A DNA stretch of 46,762 nt from Eubacteriales bacterium (GTDB lineage: Bacteria > Bacillota > Clostridia > Oscillospirales > CAG-272): assembly GCA_045534215.1 (NCBI GenBank), contig JAZSJG010000077.1:1-46762 (forward strand), in the 5' to 3' direction. Positions 9,355-18,084 of the stretch are shown here, one piece after another; positions within the stretch are counted from its first letter, which is position 1; every line of letters begins with the position of its first letter. Both the position numbers and the translations under genes were made by a program. Below the pieces are notes generated by a model. The model saw only the letters and a list, made by a program, of their open reading frames with translations. It did not search any database and was not told where the DNA came from.

Positions 9355-9396
9355 CCCCCTGTGGTATACTTAATACAACTTTGTATACACAGGGGG
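9355..9396 (+). promoter_or_regulatory. Strong stem-loop between eno and the PqqD-like gene; its 3' arm contains the SD
   Basis: Left arm CCCCCTGTGGTATAC (9355-9369) pairs with right arm GTATACACAGGGGG (9383-9396): 14 bp with one bulged G and a 13-nt loop. The right arm overlaps the only SD (AGGGGGA, 9391-9397) of the ATG at 9405. No clean U-tract follows. Confidence 0.5.
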
Positions 9397-9404
9397 AACT
9401 CTTT

Positions 9405-9671
9405 ATGAAAATTAAGGATGGCTTTGTACTCGAAGAGGTTGGAGAAAACTATATCGCTGTTGCAGTAAGCGGAGAAGCAAGGGGATTTAATGGAGTAGTT
9501 CGACTTAACTCGACCGGCGCGTTTTTATGGAATCTTATGAAAGATGAGGATGTAAGCCGCGAGGAATTGCTTGAAAAGCTTCTCGAAGCGTACGATGTAC
9601 CGAGGGAAAGAGCCCTTGACGATATAATAAAATTCGAAAATACACTTCGATGTGGTGGAATTATTGCATAA
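9405..9671 (+). CDS. PqqD-family (RRE-type) small protein, 88 aa
   Basis: Typical PqqD/RRE pattern ...VRLNSTGAFLWNLMKDEDVSREELLEKLLEAYDVPRERALDDIIKFENTLRCGGII. Start taken at ATG 9405 with SD AGGGGGA, not the track start at 9342. Confidence 0.7.
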   Translation: MKIKDGFVLEEVGENYIAVAVSGEARGFNGVVRLNSTGAFLWNLMKDEDVSREELLEKLLEAYDVPRERALDDIIKFENTLRCGGIIA

Positions 9672-10117
9672 TGTGTACAACTGTTGAAAATGAAAGCAAA
9701 ATAGAACGCGAGCTTCTTCAATATGGTACTGTCGGATTTCGTATAACGGGTAATAGTATGAACCCATTGTTTTCAAATCAGAGAGATGCTGTATTCTTAA
9801 AAAAAGCCGTGCCCGAACAAATCAAAAAATATGATATAATCCTGTATAAGTCACAAGGAATATATATATTGCACAGAGTTGTTAGCAAAAAAGGTGCTTT
9901 GCTTATCGTAAGAGGGGACAATACATACACTAATGAATATCTTGACATAAAAGATGTTCTCGCAGTTGTTGATGTTTATGTAAGACGGGATAAAAGTCAT
10001 TCTGTAAACGAGGTTGGATATCGCTTTTATTCTCGATTTTGGACATTCGTGTATCCCTTAAGAAAGTTTGTGCGAAGGGTTAAAATTAAACTTACGCGAA
10101 AAAGGAAAAAGAGTTAA
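9671..10117 (+). CDS. S24/S26-family serine peptidase, SipW-like Ser/His type, no N-terminal TM segment
   Basis: Nucleophile motif ITGNSMNPLF, then YILHRVV (His where LexA/SPase I have the general-base Lys), then RGDNTYTNEYLD. The ATG at 9671 overlaps the PqqD stop (TAATG). The C-terminus is basic. Confidence 0.65.
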   Translation: MCTTVENESKIERELLQYGTVGFRITGNSMNPLFSNQRDAVFLKKAVPEQIKKYDIILYKSQGIYILHRVVSKKGALLIVRGDNTYTNEYLDIKDVLAVVDVYVRRDKSHSVNEVGYRFYSRFWTFVYPLRKFVRRVKIKLTRKRKKS

Positions 10118-10176
10118 ATTGCATTGTTCTGCAAAATAAAACAGTGCTAAGTGAATTTTTTACGGAAGAAAATTAT

Positions 10177-11736
10177 ATGTACTACGATTTGATTACTAAA
10201 AATGGCAGAATTATTGACGGAACAGGCGGACCGGCATATTACTCCGATATTGCGATAAAGGACGGCAAGATTGTCCGCATTTCAAAATGTCTTACGCAGG
10301 CAAAAGAGATAATAGATGCAAAAGGACTTACGGTTACACCGGGATTTATCGATTCGCATAGCCATAACGATGCGAATATTTTGACATTTCCTGACCAGAT
10401 AGAAAAAATAGAGCAGGGTATTACAACCTCCGTTGCAGGCACTTGCGGTTCAACCCAAGCTCCTCTTGATCGCGATTTTTCATTAGATAAGGATGTAACT
10501 TACGGTGAGCTTGGCAAGCATTCCGAAATTTATAAAACAATGGGCACATTTCTTAACCTAGCTAAAAATATACCGCAGGGTTCAAATGTCGCAACATTCG
10601 TAGGACATAACGGATTACGTAAAGCAGCTATGGGAAGCGAGAACAGAGCGCCCACAAAGGAAGAACTCGAAAAAATGAAAGAGTTAACGAGGGAGGCAAT
10701 GGAAAACGGTGCCATAGGCGCGTCCTTCGGACTCATATATACACCCGGCTGCTATGCGCAAACCGATGAGCTTATCGAAATAGCTAAGATTGTCGCTGAG
10801 TATAACGGCGTAGTTTCTGCACATATAAGAGGAGAGGGAGACACTCTTATTGAGGCAACACAGGAATTTATAGATATAGTAAAGGCAACTAATGTAAGAG
10901 GTGTTCTTTCCCACCATAAGAGCTGCGGAAAGAAGAATTGGGGGAAAATCAATACAACCCTTAAAATGATTGAGGATGCAAATGCTGAAGGGTATTTCAT
11001 TTACTGCGACGTATATCCCTACTTGGCAACCAGTACCTCGCTTTCAGCAAATATCGTGCCAAAAGAAATGCATGCAGGAGGCACGAGTGCACTCATAGAA
11101 AATCTTAAGAATCAAAAAAATGTAGAAAAGATACGTGAGTATTTTCAAAGCAGATGGGACAACTATGATTTTATATTGATTACCAACTGTAAAGCCCATA
11201 TTGAATACGAAGGGAAAAGAATTCCCGAAATCGCAAAGCTTCACGGTAAAGACGAAATTAGTACCATGATTGACCTAATTATAGATAATCGCAACAAATG
11301 TAATGCCTGTTACTTTACTGTAGACGAAACCGATGCAAAAAAGGTTATAGCATATCCAAGAGCCATGATTTGCACGGACTCGGGAGTTGCAGGTAAAAAT
11401 GCGTTTTATCACCCTCGTCTTCGCGGTTCTTTCCCACGCGCCATCGGAAGATACGCAAGAGAAAAGGGAGTAGTCACTCTTGAAGAAATGATAAGAAAAA
11501 TCACTTCAATGCCCGCAGCCGTGTACGGTTTTTCAACGAAAGGCATAATAAAAGAGGGACTCGATGCCGATATTTGTATATTTGACAGTGAGCATATAAT
11601 TGATAATGCCACCTATACCGATTGCCAAAAACGTGCCGACGGTCTTAACTACGTTATTCTTGGCGGTGAGGTCGTTGTTGAGAATGCGATTTACAACGGA
11701 AAGAAAAAGGGCGCAGTTCTGCTACGCCGCGTATAA
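10177..11736 (+). CDS. N-acyl-D-amino-acid deacylase (D-aminoacylase) family amidohydrolase
   Basis: YDLITKNGRIIDGTG...IAIKDGKIVRI...GFIDSHSH metal motif, with length and layout typical of D-aminoacylases. Start set at ATG 10177; a GTG at 10144 is an alternative. Confidence 0.75.
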   Translation: MYYDLITKNGRIIDGTGGPAYYSDIAIKDGKIVRISKCLTQAKEIIDAKGLTVTPGFIDSHSHNDANILTFPDQIEKIEQGITTSVAGTCGSTQAPLDRDFSLDKDVTYGELGKHSEIYKTMGTFLNLAKNIPQGSNVATFVGHNGLRKAAMGSENRAPTKEELEKMKELTREAMENGAIGASFGLIYTPGCYAQTDELIEIAKIVAEYNGVVSAHIRGEGDTLIEATQEFIDIVKATNVRGVLSHHKSCGKKNWGKINTTLKMIEDANAEGYFIYCDVYPYLATSTSLSANIVPKEMHAGGTSALIENLKNQKNVEKIREYFQSRWDNYDFILITNCKAHIEYEGKRIPEIAKLHGKDEISTMIDLIIDNRNKCNACYFTVDETDAKKVIAYPRAMICTDSGVAGKNAFYHPRLRGSFPRAIGRYAREKGVVTLEEMIRKITSMPAAVYGFSTKGIIKEGLDADICIFDSEHIIDNATYTDCQKRADGLNYVILGGEVVVENAIYNGKKKGAVLLRRV

Positions 11737-11743
11737 GGAAAAA

Positions 11744-11800
11744 GAACACCGATTGATAACCTTCGCCCAAAATGAAGGTAACCTAATCGGTGTTTTCTTG
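11744..11800. terminator. Bidirectional terminator between the convergent D-aminoacylase and malQ genes
   Basis: AACACCGATT (11745-11754) / AATCGGTGTT (11785-11794), with an inner ACCTTC/GAAGGT pairing. T-run after the stem on the plus strand and an A-run before it. Confidence 0.7.
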
Positions 11801-11812
11801 TGTAAATTAGCT

Positions 11813-13258
11813 TTATATTCTTCCATACAGTTCGTTTAGATATCTGTAGTGACCTCTGTTAATAGAAAACAGTTGTTCCTTGGTTATTCTGTATTCCCAG
11901 TTTCCATTTGCTTTTCCGGGTGTGTTAATTCTCGTATCAGAGCCAAAAACAAGAATATCCTGGATAGGAAAAATTACAGTATCTGCAGGACTAGAAAGTA
12001 ATGATTGAACTATTAGTCGGCATGCGTGTGAAAAATTTGAACCCTGATAGCCAAAATAATTAAATACACGCTCACGTACAGAGCTGTCGCATTCAAAAAT
12101 GTATCCGAGCAGAGTGTTGTTATCATGAGTTCCTGTATACACAATACAATTCTTAGTATAATTGTGAGGTAGATGAGGTGTGTCTTTGTCACCGAGAAAA
12201 GCAAATTGAAGAACTCTCATTCCGGGAAATTTGCTATAGTTGAGAAGTCTTTGTACCTCGGGGGTAATATGACCGAGGTCCTCGGCAATTATAAATTTTT
12301 CACCTGCCTCCTCTTTTATAGCATTAATAATCGCTCTTCCAGGACCCTTAACCCATTTGCCTTCCTTGGCGGTTTTTGCATTTGCGGGAACACTCCAATA
12401 GGATTCAAGCGCTCGAAAATGGTCGATTCTTAAACCATCTAAAAGAGTGAGTGCATGAGCAACTCGCTCTCTGAAAAAGGCATATCCGTCGCTTTTCATT
12501 ATTTTGAAATCATAAAGTGGGTTTCCCCAAAGCTGTCCATCCTCTGAAAAATAATCGGGTGGAACTCCTGCAACCGATACAGAAAGATTGTCGGAATTAA
12601 GTTGGAAGTTTTTGGGATTGCTCCATACATCAGCACTGTCAAGGGATACGTATATCGGCAAATCTCCGATAAGCTCAATTCCGCGCATGTTCGCATACTT
12701 TTTTAATTCTGAAAATTGTCTATAAAATTCATATTGAATAAATTGCCACTTAAAAAGCGTCACGGGGTCGGGGGTGTCATGTTTCCACTTCTGCCAAATG
12801 CAGTCATTTTGCTTTTCCTTCAATGCAAGAAATTTAGCGGCATTTGAGATGCTTCCGTTTTTTTCTATGAAGCTTGCAACTCTTTTTCTTGTTTCTTTAT
12901 CTAAATAAGCACGGGATGCCGCTTTTTCGAGAAGCGGCATTCTTTCTTTTTCAAGCCGTTCATATTCGCAAAGATAAGGCATGTTTTGCCTTGCACTTAA
13001 AAGCTCCTCTTCGGTTATATAACCAAGTTGCTTTAATATGCTAAGGTCTATAAAATAAGGATTTGCACCGAAAGAGGCAGAGGAGCGGTATGGAGAATGA
13101 TATTCATCAGTAATGCATAACGGTAGCAGCTGCCAGTAGGAAAATCCGCTCTCGCTCAAAAAATCCACGAACTCAAATGCCTCTTTGCCCAATGAACCGA
13201 TTGAGTAGTCGCCGTGAAGAGAAAAAATAGGCAGTAGTATTCCACTTTTTCTGGTCAT
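11813..13258 (-). CDS. malQ: 4-alpha-glucanotransferase (amylomaltase, GH77)
   Basis: GILLPIFSLHGDYSIGSLG N-terminus, LRIDHFRAL, IIAEDLG, YTGTHDN. These are GH77 signature blocks. Confidence 0.9.
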   Translation of the reverse strand: MTRKSGILLPIFSLHGDYSIGSLGKEAFEFVDFLSESGFSYWQLLPLCITDEYHSPYRSSASFGANPYFIDLSILKQLGYITEEELLSARQNMPYLCEYERLEKERMPLLEKAASRAYLDKETRKRVASFIEKNGSISNAAKFLALKEKQNDCIWQKWKHDTPDPVTLFKWQFIQYEFYRQFSELKKYANMRGIELIGDLPIYVSLDSADVWSNPKNFQLNSDNLSVSVAGVPPDYFSEDGQLWGNPLYDFKIMKSDGYAFFRERVAHALTLLDGLRIDHFRALESYWSVPANAKTAKEGKWVKGPGRAIINAIKEEAGEKFIIAEDLGHITPEVQRLLNYSKFPGMRVLQFAFLGDKDTPHLPHNYTKNCIVYTGTHDNNTLLGYIFECDSSVRERVFNYFGYQGSNFSHACRLIVQSLLSSPADTVIFPIQDILVFGSDTRINTPGKANGNWEYRITKEQLFSINRGHYRYLNELYGRI

Positions 13259-13289
13259 AGTAAATATACCTTGTTTGTTATTGTTATCA

Positions 13290-14318
13290 TTAAAGCACGT
13301 TTGCTATATCGTATATAAGCTTTTCGGTTTTTTGCCATCCTATACACGGGTCGGTTATTGATTTTCCGTATATATGCTCTGAACCGTTTTGTGCTCCATC
13401 CTCTATATAACTCTCTATCATGAGTCCTTTTACAAGACTCTTGACCTCTTTGGAGTAACGGCAGCTGTGAAGTACCTCTTTTGCAATTCTTATTTGCTCA
13501 AGATACTTTTTGCCTGAGTTGGAGTGGTTTGTGTCAATTATGACCGCAGGATTTGAAAGCCCGCTACTATTATATGTTTCGTAAAGGTCGTATAAGTCTT
13601 CAAAGTGGTAGTTTGGGTGAGATTTTCCTTTATTATCCACGTATCCGCGCAAAATTGCATGCGCAAATGGATTTCCCTGCGACTCTACCTCCCAGCCCCT
13701 ATAGTAAAACACATGCTTACCATGAGCCGCCTTGATAGAATTCATCATAACCGTAATATCGCCACCGGTAGGGTTTTTCATACCGACAGGAATGTCAAGA
13801 CCGCTTGCTGTAATTCTGTGTTGCTGGTCTTCAACGGAGCGTGCGCCGACGGCAACGTATGCAAGAACGTCTGAAAGATATCTGTGGTTTTCGGGGTAAA
13901 GCATTTCATCTGCGCATCCGAATTCTGTCTCGGAAATTGCCCTCATGTGCATTTTTCGTATTGCAATAAGCCCTTTGAGAAGGTCGGGTGCTGAATTGGG
14001 ATCCGGCTGATGAAGCATGCCCTTATATCCCTCTCCGGTAGTTCTGGGTTTGTTCGTGTAAATTCTTGGGACAATCATTATTTTGTCCTTGACTTTTTCC
14101 TGAACGCCTCTTAACCTGTATATATAATCAAGAACGGCATCCTCGTTATCCGCAGAGCACGGGCCGATAACAAGTATAAATCTATCCGATTTTCCTGAAA
14201 AAATATCTTTTAGCTCACGAATTCTCGCTTCGCGGGTCTTTACAATCTCTTCGGTTGCAGGGAATTGCTCCTTTATTTCTTTAGGTATGGGGAGCTTTCT
14301 GTAAAATATCATATTCAT
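13290..14318 (-). CDS. aroF: 3-deoxy-7-phosphoheptulonate (DAHP) synthase, class I
   Basis: ILVIGPCSADNEDA, VPRIYTNKPRTT..GYKGML, GARSVEDQQHR, IDTNHSNSGK. The gene is in the aro operon. Confidence 0.9.
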   Translation of the reverse strand: MNMIFYRKLPIPKEIKEQFPATEEIVKTREARIRELKDIFSGKSDRFILVIGPCSADNEDAVLDYIYRLRGVQEKVKDKIMIVPRIYTNKPRTTGEGYKGMLHQPDPNSAPDLLKGLIAIRKMHMRAISETEFGCADEMLYPENHRYLSDVLAYVAVGARSVEDQQHRITASGLDIPVGMKNPTGGDITVMMNSIKAAHGKHVFYYRGWEVESQGNPFAHAILRGYVDNKGKSHPNYHFEDLYDLYETYNSSGLSNPAVIIDTNHSNSGKKYLEQIRIAKEVLHSCRYSKEVKSLVKGLMIESYIEDGAQNGSEHIYGKSITDPCIGWQKTEKLIYDIANVL

Positions 14319-14336
14319 AAAGTAAAAATCCTTTCG

Positions 14337-15203
14337 TCACTTGGAAATCGGCTTGTCAAAAAGCATTCTTTTGTTTGTTGAATCTCTCATTTTTTTGCGG
14401 ATGCCCTCTGCATTGTCTTTGCTAATCATGTCGCGCAACAGACAAAATTCGTCTATAAAGCTGTCCATTTCATTAAGGAGTGCATCCTTATTCATAAGGA
14501 AAAGCTCACTCCACATTCGGTCGTTTATTTTTGCAATACGGGTAAGGTCTCTGAAAGAGTCACCTGTGTATTTTTCAAGCCCGGACGTTTCGTTGCATGT
14601 CATAAGTGAAACCGCAATGCAGTGTGTCAGCTGCGACAAAAACGCAATCATTTTGTCGTGCTCATCGATAGACAGCTCACTTATTCTCGAGAAGCCCAAT
14701 TCCTCGCCAAGCTTTAAGCAGACGTCTATAGCTTCTTTAGTATTCTTTTCGGTTGGAGTAATGATGTAGTTTGCGCCTCTGAAAACCTCAGGGTCGCTGA
14801 ATTCAACACCGCTTCTCTCTCTTCCTGCCATAGGATGCGCGGATATAAATTCGACTCCGTCTTTCAAAAGTGCCTGCACTCTTTCAACAACAAAGGATTT
14901 GACACCCGTAACGTCGGTTATAAGTGTTCCTTTTTTAAATAGGTAAGAGTATTTTTCTATCCACTCTATAAAAACCGTTGGATAAAGAGCAAAAATAATG
15001 AGCTCCGATTCCTCAATAAGCTTTTTTTCAACCTTTGTAGTACCGTATTTTATCATTTGCTTGGATTTTGCATACTCAATGTCGCATTCGTTTTGCGTGA
15101 TACAGCTTACGTCATATCCAAGCTCGCTTAATTTGGCAGCGTAACTTCCGCCGATAACACCAAGACCAATTATTAAAATTTTCGTATCTTTATTAAGTGT
15201 CAT
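14337..15203 (-). CDS. tyrA: Prephenate dehydrogenase
   Basis: Rossmann motif ILIIGLGVIGGS, SAHPMAGRE, and a C-terminal PDH dimerisation domain. Overlaps the aroA stop by 11 nt. Confidence 0.85.
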   Translation of the reverse strand: MTLNKDTKILIIGLGVIGGSYAAKLSELGYDVSCITQNECDIEYAKSKQMIKYGTTKVEKKLIEESELIIFALYPTVFIEWIEKYSYLFKKGTLITDVTGVKSFVVERVQALLKDGVEFISAHPMAGRERSGVEFSDPEVFRGANYIITPTEKNTKEAIDVCLKLGEELGFSRISELSIDEHDKMIAFLSQLTHCIAVSLMTCNETSGLEKYTGDSFRDLTRIAKINDRMWSELFLMNKDALLNEMDSFIDEFCLLRDMISKDNAEGIRKKMRDSTNKRMLFDKPISK

Positions 15204-16407
15204 TCTTTATCACCTCTATTCCAAGCGCGGAAAGGTCATCAAAAAATTTCGGGTAGCTTTTGGAAATTGCCTCAGCACCCTCAATTTCTCCACCTGTAAG
15301 GGTCAAAAGAATAGAAAGCGAAAGTACTATTCTGTGGTCGTTGTGACCTTTTAATACTTCATTTGGCTTGTGAAAATCTGCAGGGTATATAACTACCGTA
15401 TCTTCATATACGCTTACCGAAGTTCCAAACTTCTTTAACTCCTCCGCCATAGCTAACGCTCTGTCGCTTTCCTTGATTTTAAGTCGCTTAGTTCCGCTGA
15501 AAACACCTCCGCATTTTGCTGCAGCAACAGCAAAAAGAATTGGTCCAAGGTCCGGACAGTCACCTATGTGTATTGATGGAGTGCCGTTTTTCAGCATCTC
15601 AAAATATTTTTTGTATATAATGTCGCCCTGTAAGCTTTCCGGGTTAAGACCGTCAATTTCAACCTCGTTTGCAAAAACATTGAGCGCATCAAGGAATGCA
15701 GCTCCGGAATAGTCACCCTCAACAGCTACGTTTTGGGGCTTGTATCTTTGATTTGAAGGAATATAAATTGTGTGCTCGTCAATCCAATCAGCAGTTATTC
15801 CAAATTTGCGTACAGCATCTAATGTCAGATTAATATAAGAACGACTCTCTATAGGAGGGGCGATTTTTATATAGCTGTCCTCATCTGTAAGCGGAAGAGC
15901 AAAAATCAAGCCGCTTATAAACTGACTGCTCACGTTTCCGACGACGTTATATTCTCCTCCTCGAAGCTTTCCCAAGACACTTATTGAATCTGCTGTTTTT
16001 GAGTATTTGAGCTTTTTCTGTGCAAAAAGCGTTTCATATACGCTCATGGGTCTTGACATCAGTGATTTTTCAGCATGAAAAACTGTAGGATTATGAGAAA
16101 GCATGGCAACGGGTATAAGGAACCGAAGAGTGCTTCCGCTCTCTCTGCATTCTAGAGGTGAGATTGCGTGTGTATATCTTAAATCTTTGCCGTAAACCGT
16201 TATATCAGAACCATCTCGTTCGGTCTTTATTCCTAGGGCATTAAGACAGTCAAGGGTTGCCAAGACGTCTTCGCAGTCAGAAACACCGTAAATTTTACTT
16301 ACCCCTGAGCACATAGCAGCACATATCAAAAGACGGTGCGCAATGCTCTTCGAGGGAGGGGCTGCTACTTTTCCGCGAGCTGTGCCTTTTTTTATTGTGA
16401 CTTTCAT
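15193..16407 (-). CDS. aroA: 3-phosphoshikimate 1-carboxyvinyltransferase (EPSP synthase)
   Basis: PPSKSIAHRLL, ESGSTLRFL, DHRIVLSLSIL. Start moved to ATG 16407 (MKVTIKKG...), which forms an ATGA overlap with the aroQ stop. The track start is 16449. Confidence 0.92.
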   Translation of the reverse strand: MKVTIKKGTARGKVAAPPSKSIAHRLLICAAMCSGVSKIYGVSDCEDVLATLDCLNALGIKTERDGSDITVYGKDLRYTHAISPLECRESGSTLRFLIPVAMLSHNPTVFHAEKSLMSRPMSVYETLFAQKKLKYSKTADSISVLGKLRGGEYNVVGNVSSQFISGLIFALPLTDEDSYIKIAPPIESRSYINLTLDAVRKFGITADWIDEHTIYIPSNQRYKPQNVAVEGDYSGAAFLDALNVFANEVEIDGLNPESLQGDIIYKKYFEMLKNGTPSIHIGDCPDLGPILFAVAAAKCGGVFSGTKRLKIKESDRALAMAEELKKFGTSVSVYEDTVVIYPADFHKPNEVLKGHNDHRIVLSLSILLTLTGGEIEGAEAISKSYPKFFDDLSALGIEVIKNDT

Positions 16408-16844
16408 TTCGCAGCCAATACCTCCATAAGATAATCGAGAGCTTCGCAATATCCGGCTATACCGTGACCCTTTATAGTCTTTACAGCTGCCTCTCTTATG
16501 TAGCTCGTTTGTCTAAATGACTCCCGCTTGTCTACATCTGATATATGTACCTCTACAGTAGGGATGCTAACCGCCTTAACAGCATCCAAAATTGCAATGC
16601 TTGTGTGCGTATATGCTCCCGGATTTATTATTATGCCATCTGCTTTTTCAAAATATGCCTCTTGTATTTTGTCAACTAAATCACCCTCGTGATTGGATTG
16701 GAAGAATACAATTTCTGCATTATATCTTTTTGAGTGCTCGCTAACAGAGGAAAGAAGCAAGTTGTAGCTCTCAGTACCATATATTGCCTTTTCTCTTATG
16801 CCGAGCATGTTTATATTAGGTCCGTTTATTACATAAATCTTCAT
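16404..16844 (-). CDS. aroQ: Type II 3-dehydroquinate dehydratase
   Basis: VINGPNINMLGIRE, FQSNHEGDL, IINPGAYTHTSIA, EVHISD. Confidence 0.92.
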   Translation of the reverse strand: MKIYVINGPNINMLGIREKAIYGTESYNLLLSSVSEHSKRYNAEIVFFQSNHEGDLVDKIQEAYFEKADGIIINPGAYTHTSIAILDAVKAVSIPTVEVHISDVDKRESFRQTSYIREAAVKTIKGHGIAGYCEALDYLMEVLAAK

Positions 16845-18079
16845 TGTTTTATATTCCTCACTATATCTTTTGCAACCGATTCAGCATCAGCGCTCCCATC
16901 AATATGAATATCTGAAGTTTTCAAATACGTAGGGTATCTTTCGTTATATTTTCTTTCAAGCAAATCGCGGCTTGGTGTCAGTGGTCTGTCACTTGTAGGA
17001 ATGATATTTTCGAGCGGTCGGTCTATAAAGAATATCCTTCCGTTTTGTTTAAGAGAAGTTATGTTGTCATCTATTGTTACAGCACCGCCGCCTGTTGAAA
17101 TTACAACTCCTGTTTTAGAACTTGCATCACGTATTATGTCATTTTCAAGATGTCTGAAAGCTCTTTCACCATCCTCTTCGAAAATTTTGGAAATTGTCTT
17201 GCCTGCAGATTTTTCAATAAGAGTGTCGGTATCTATAAATTCAAGTCCGAGAATTTTTGATACCAGCTTTCCAACGGTGCTTTTTCCTGCGCCGGGCATG
17301 CCCGTCAGTACTATGTTTTCTTTTCGCTTGAGAATATCAAGATATATTTTATCAACAATAGCAGAGTCGTATTCTTTGTCAAGAAAGTATTCTGATGCCT
17401 TTACTGCTTGCGCAACCAGCATATAAAGTCCTCCCTCAGCAGCAATACCTTTTTCTTTTGCATCGAGAACAAGACGCGTCCTTAAGGGATTGTAGACAAC
17501 GTCTATTACACCGCACAAATTAGGAAATCTATTTAGCGAAAGTGGAGAAGAGTATATGTTTGGATACATGCCGACCGGGGTCGTGTTAATTATTACGTCG
17601 ATTTGATGTGCCTTTTGATAAAGCTCGGAATAGGTTATAGCTCCCGTTTTTTCAGTTCTTGAAACCTTGTAAACGCATTTAGCACCGAGCGACAGCGCCG
17701 CGGCCTTCGCGGTTTTTGATGTGCCGCCCGTTCCGAGTATTGCAACGGTTTTTTCACTCAGATTTATACCGCAGTGAAGAATTAGTTTGGTAATTCCGTA
17801 AAAATCCGTATTATAACCGAAAAGCTTTCCGTTGCGGTTTACAACAGTATTTACAGCACCTATATCTTGCGCTGAACCGTCAACTTTAAAAAGATAAGGA
17901 ATTATCAGTTCTTTATAAGGAATAGTAACATTTACCGCAAAAAAATCACTTTCTTTAACGAAGCTGTCAAAATTCTTGCGGCTAACTTCCTTAAGCTCAT
18001 ATTCATAATCAGAGATAGCATTATGTATCTCTTTGGAAAAGCTGTGTGTCAGATGTTCACCGATACAGCCGTATTTCAT
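16841..18079 (-). CDS. aroE: Bifunctional shikimate dehydrogenase / shikimate kinase (AroE-AroK fusion)
   Basis: aa 1-250 are AroE-like (HSFSKEIHN, GAVNTVV, GYNTDFYG, ILGTGGTSK). aa ~253-412 are AroK-like (IVLTGMPGAGKSTVG P-loop, FIDTDTLIE, ISTGGGAV). It is one uninterrupted ORF. Confidence 0.85.
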   Translation of the reverse strand: MKYGCIGEHLTHSFSKEIHNAISDYEYELKEVSRKNFDSFVKESDFFAVNVTIPYKELIIPYLFKVDGSAQDIGAVNTVVNRNGKLFGYNTDFYGITKLILHCGINLSEKTVAILGTGGTSKTAKAAALSLGAKCVYKVSRTEKTGAITYSELYQKAHQIDVIINTTPVGMYPNIYSSPLSLNRFPNLCGVIDVVYNPLRTRLVLDAKEKGIAAEGGLYMLVAQAVKASEYFLDKEYDSAIVDKIYLDILKRKENIVLTGMPGAGKSTVGKLVSKILGLEFIDTDTLIEKSAGKTISKIFEEDGERAFRHLENDIIRDASSKTGVVISTGGGAVTIDDNITSLKQNGRIFFIDRPLENIIPTSDRPLTPSRDLLERKYNERYPTYLKTSDIHIDGSADAESVAKDIVRNIKQ

Positions 18080-18084
18080 AGGGA

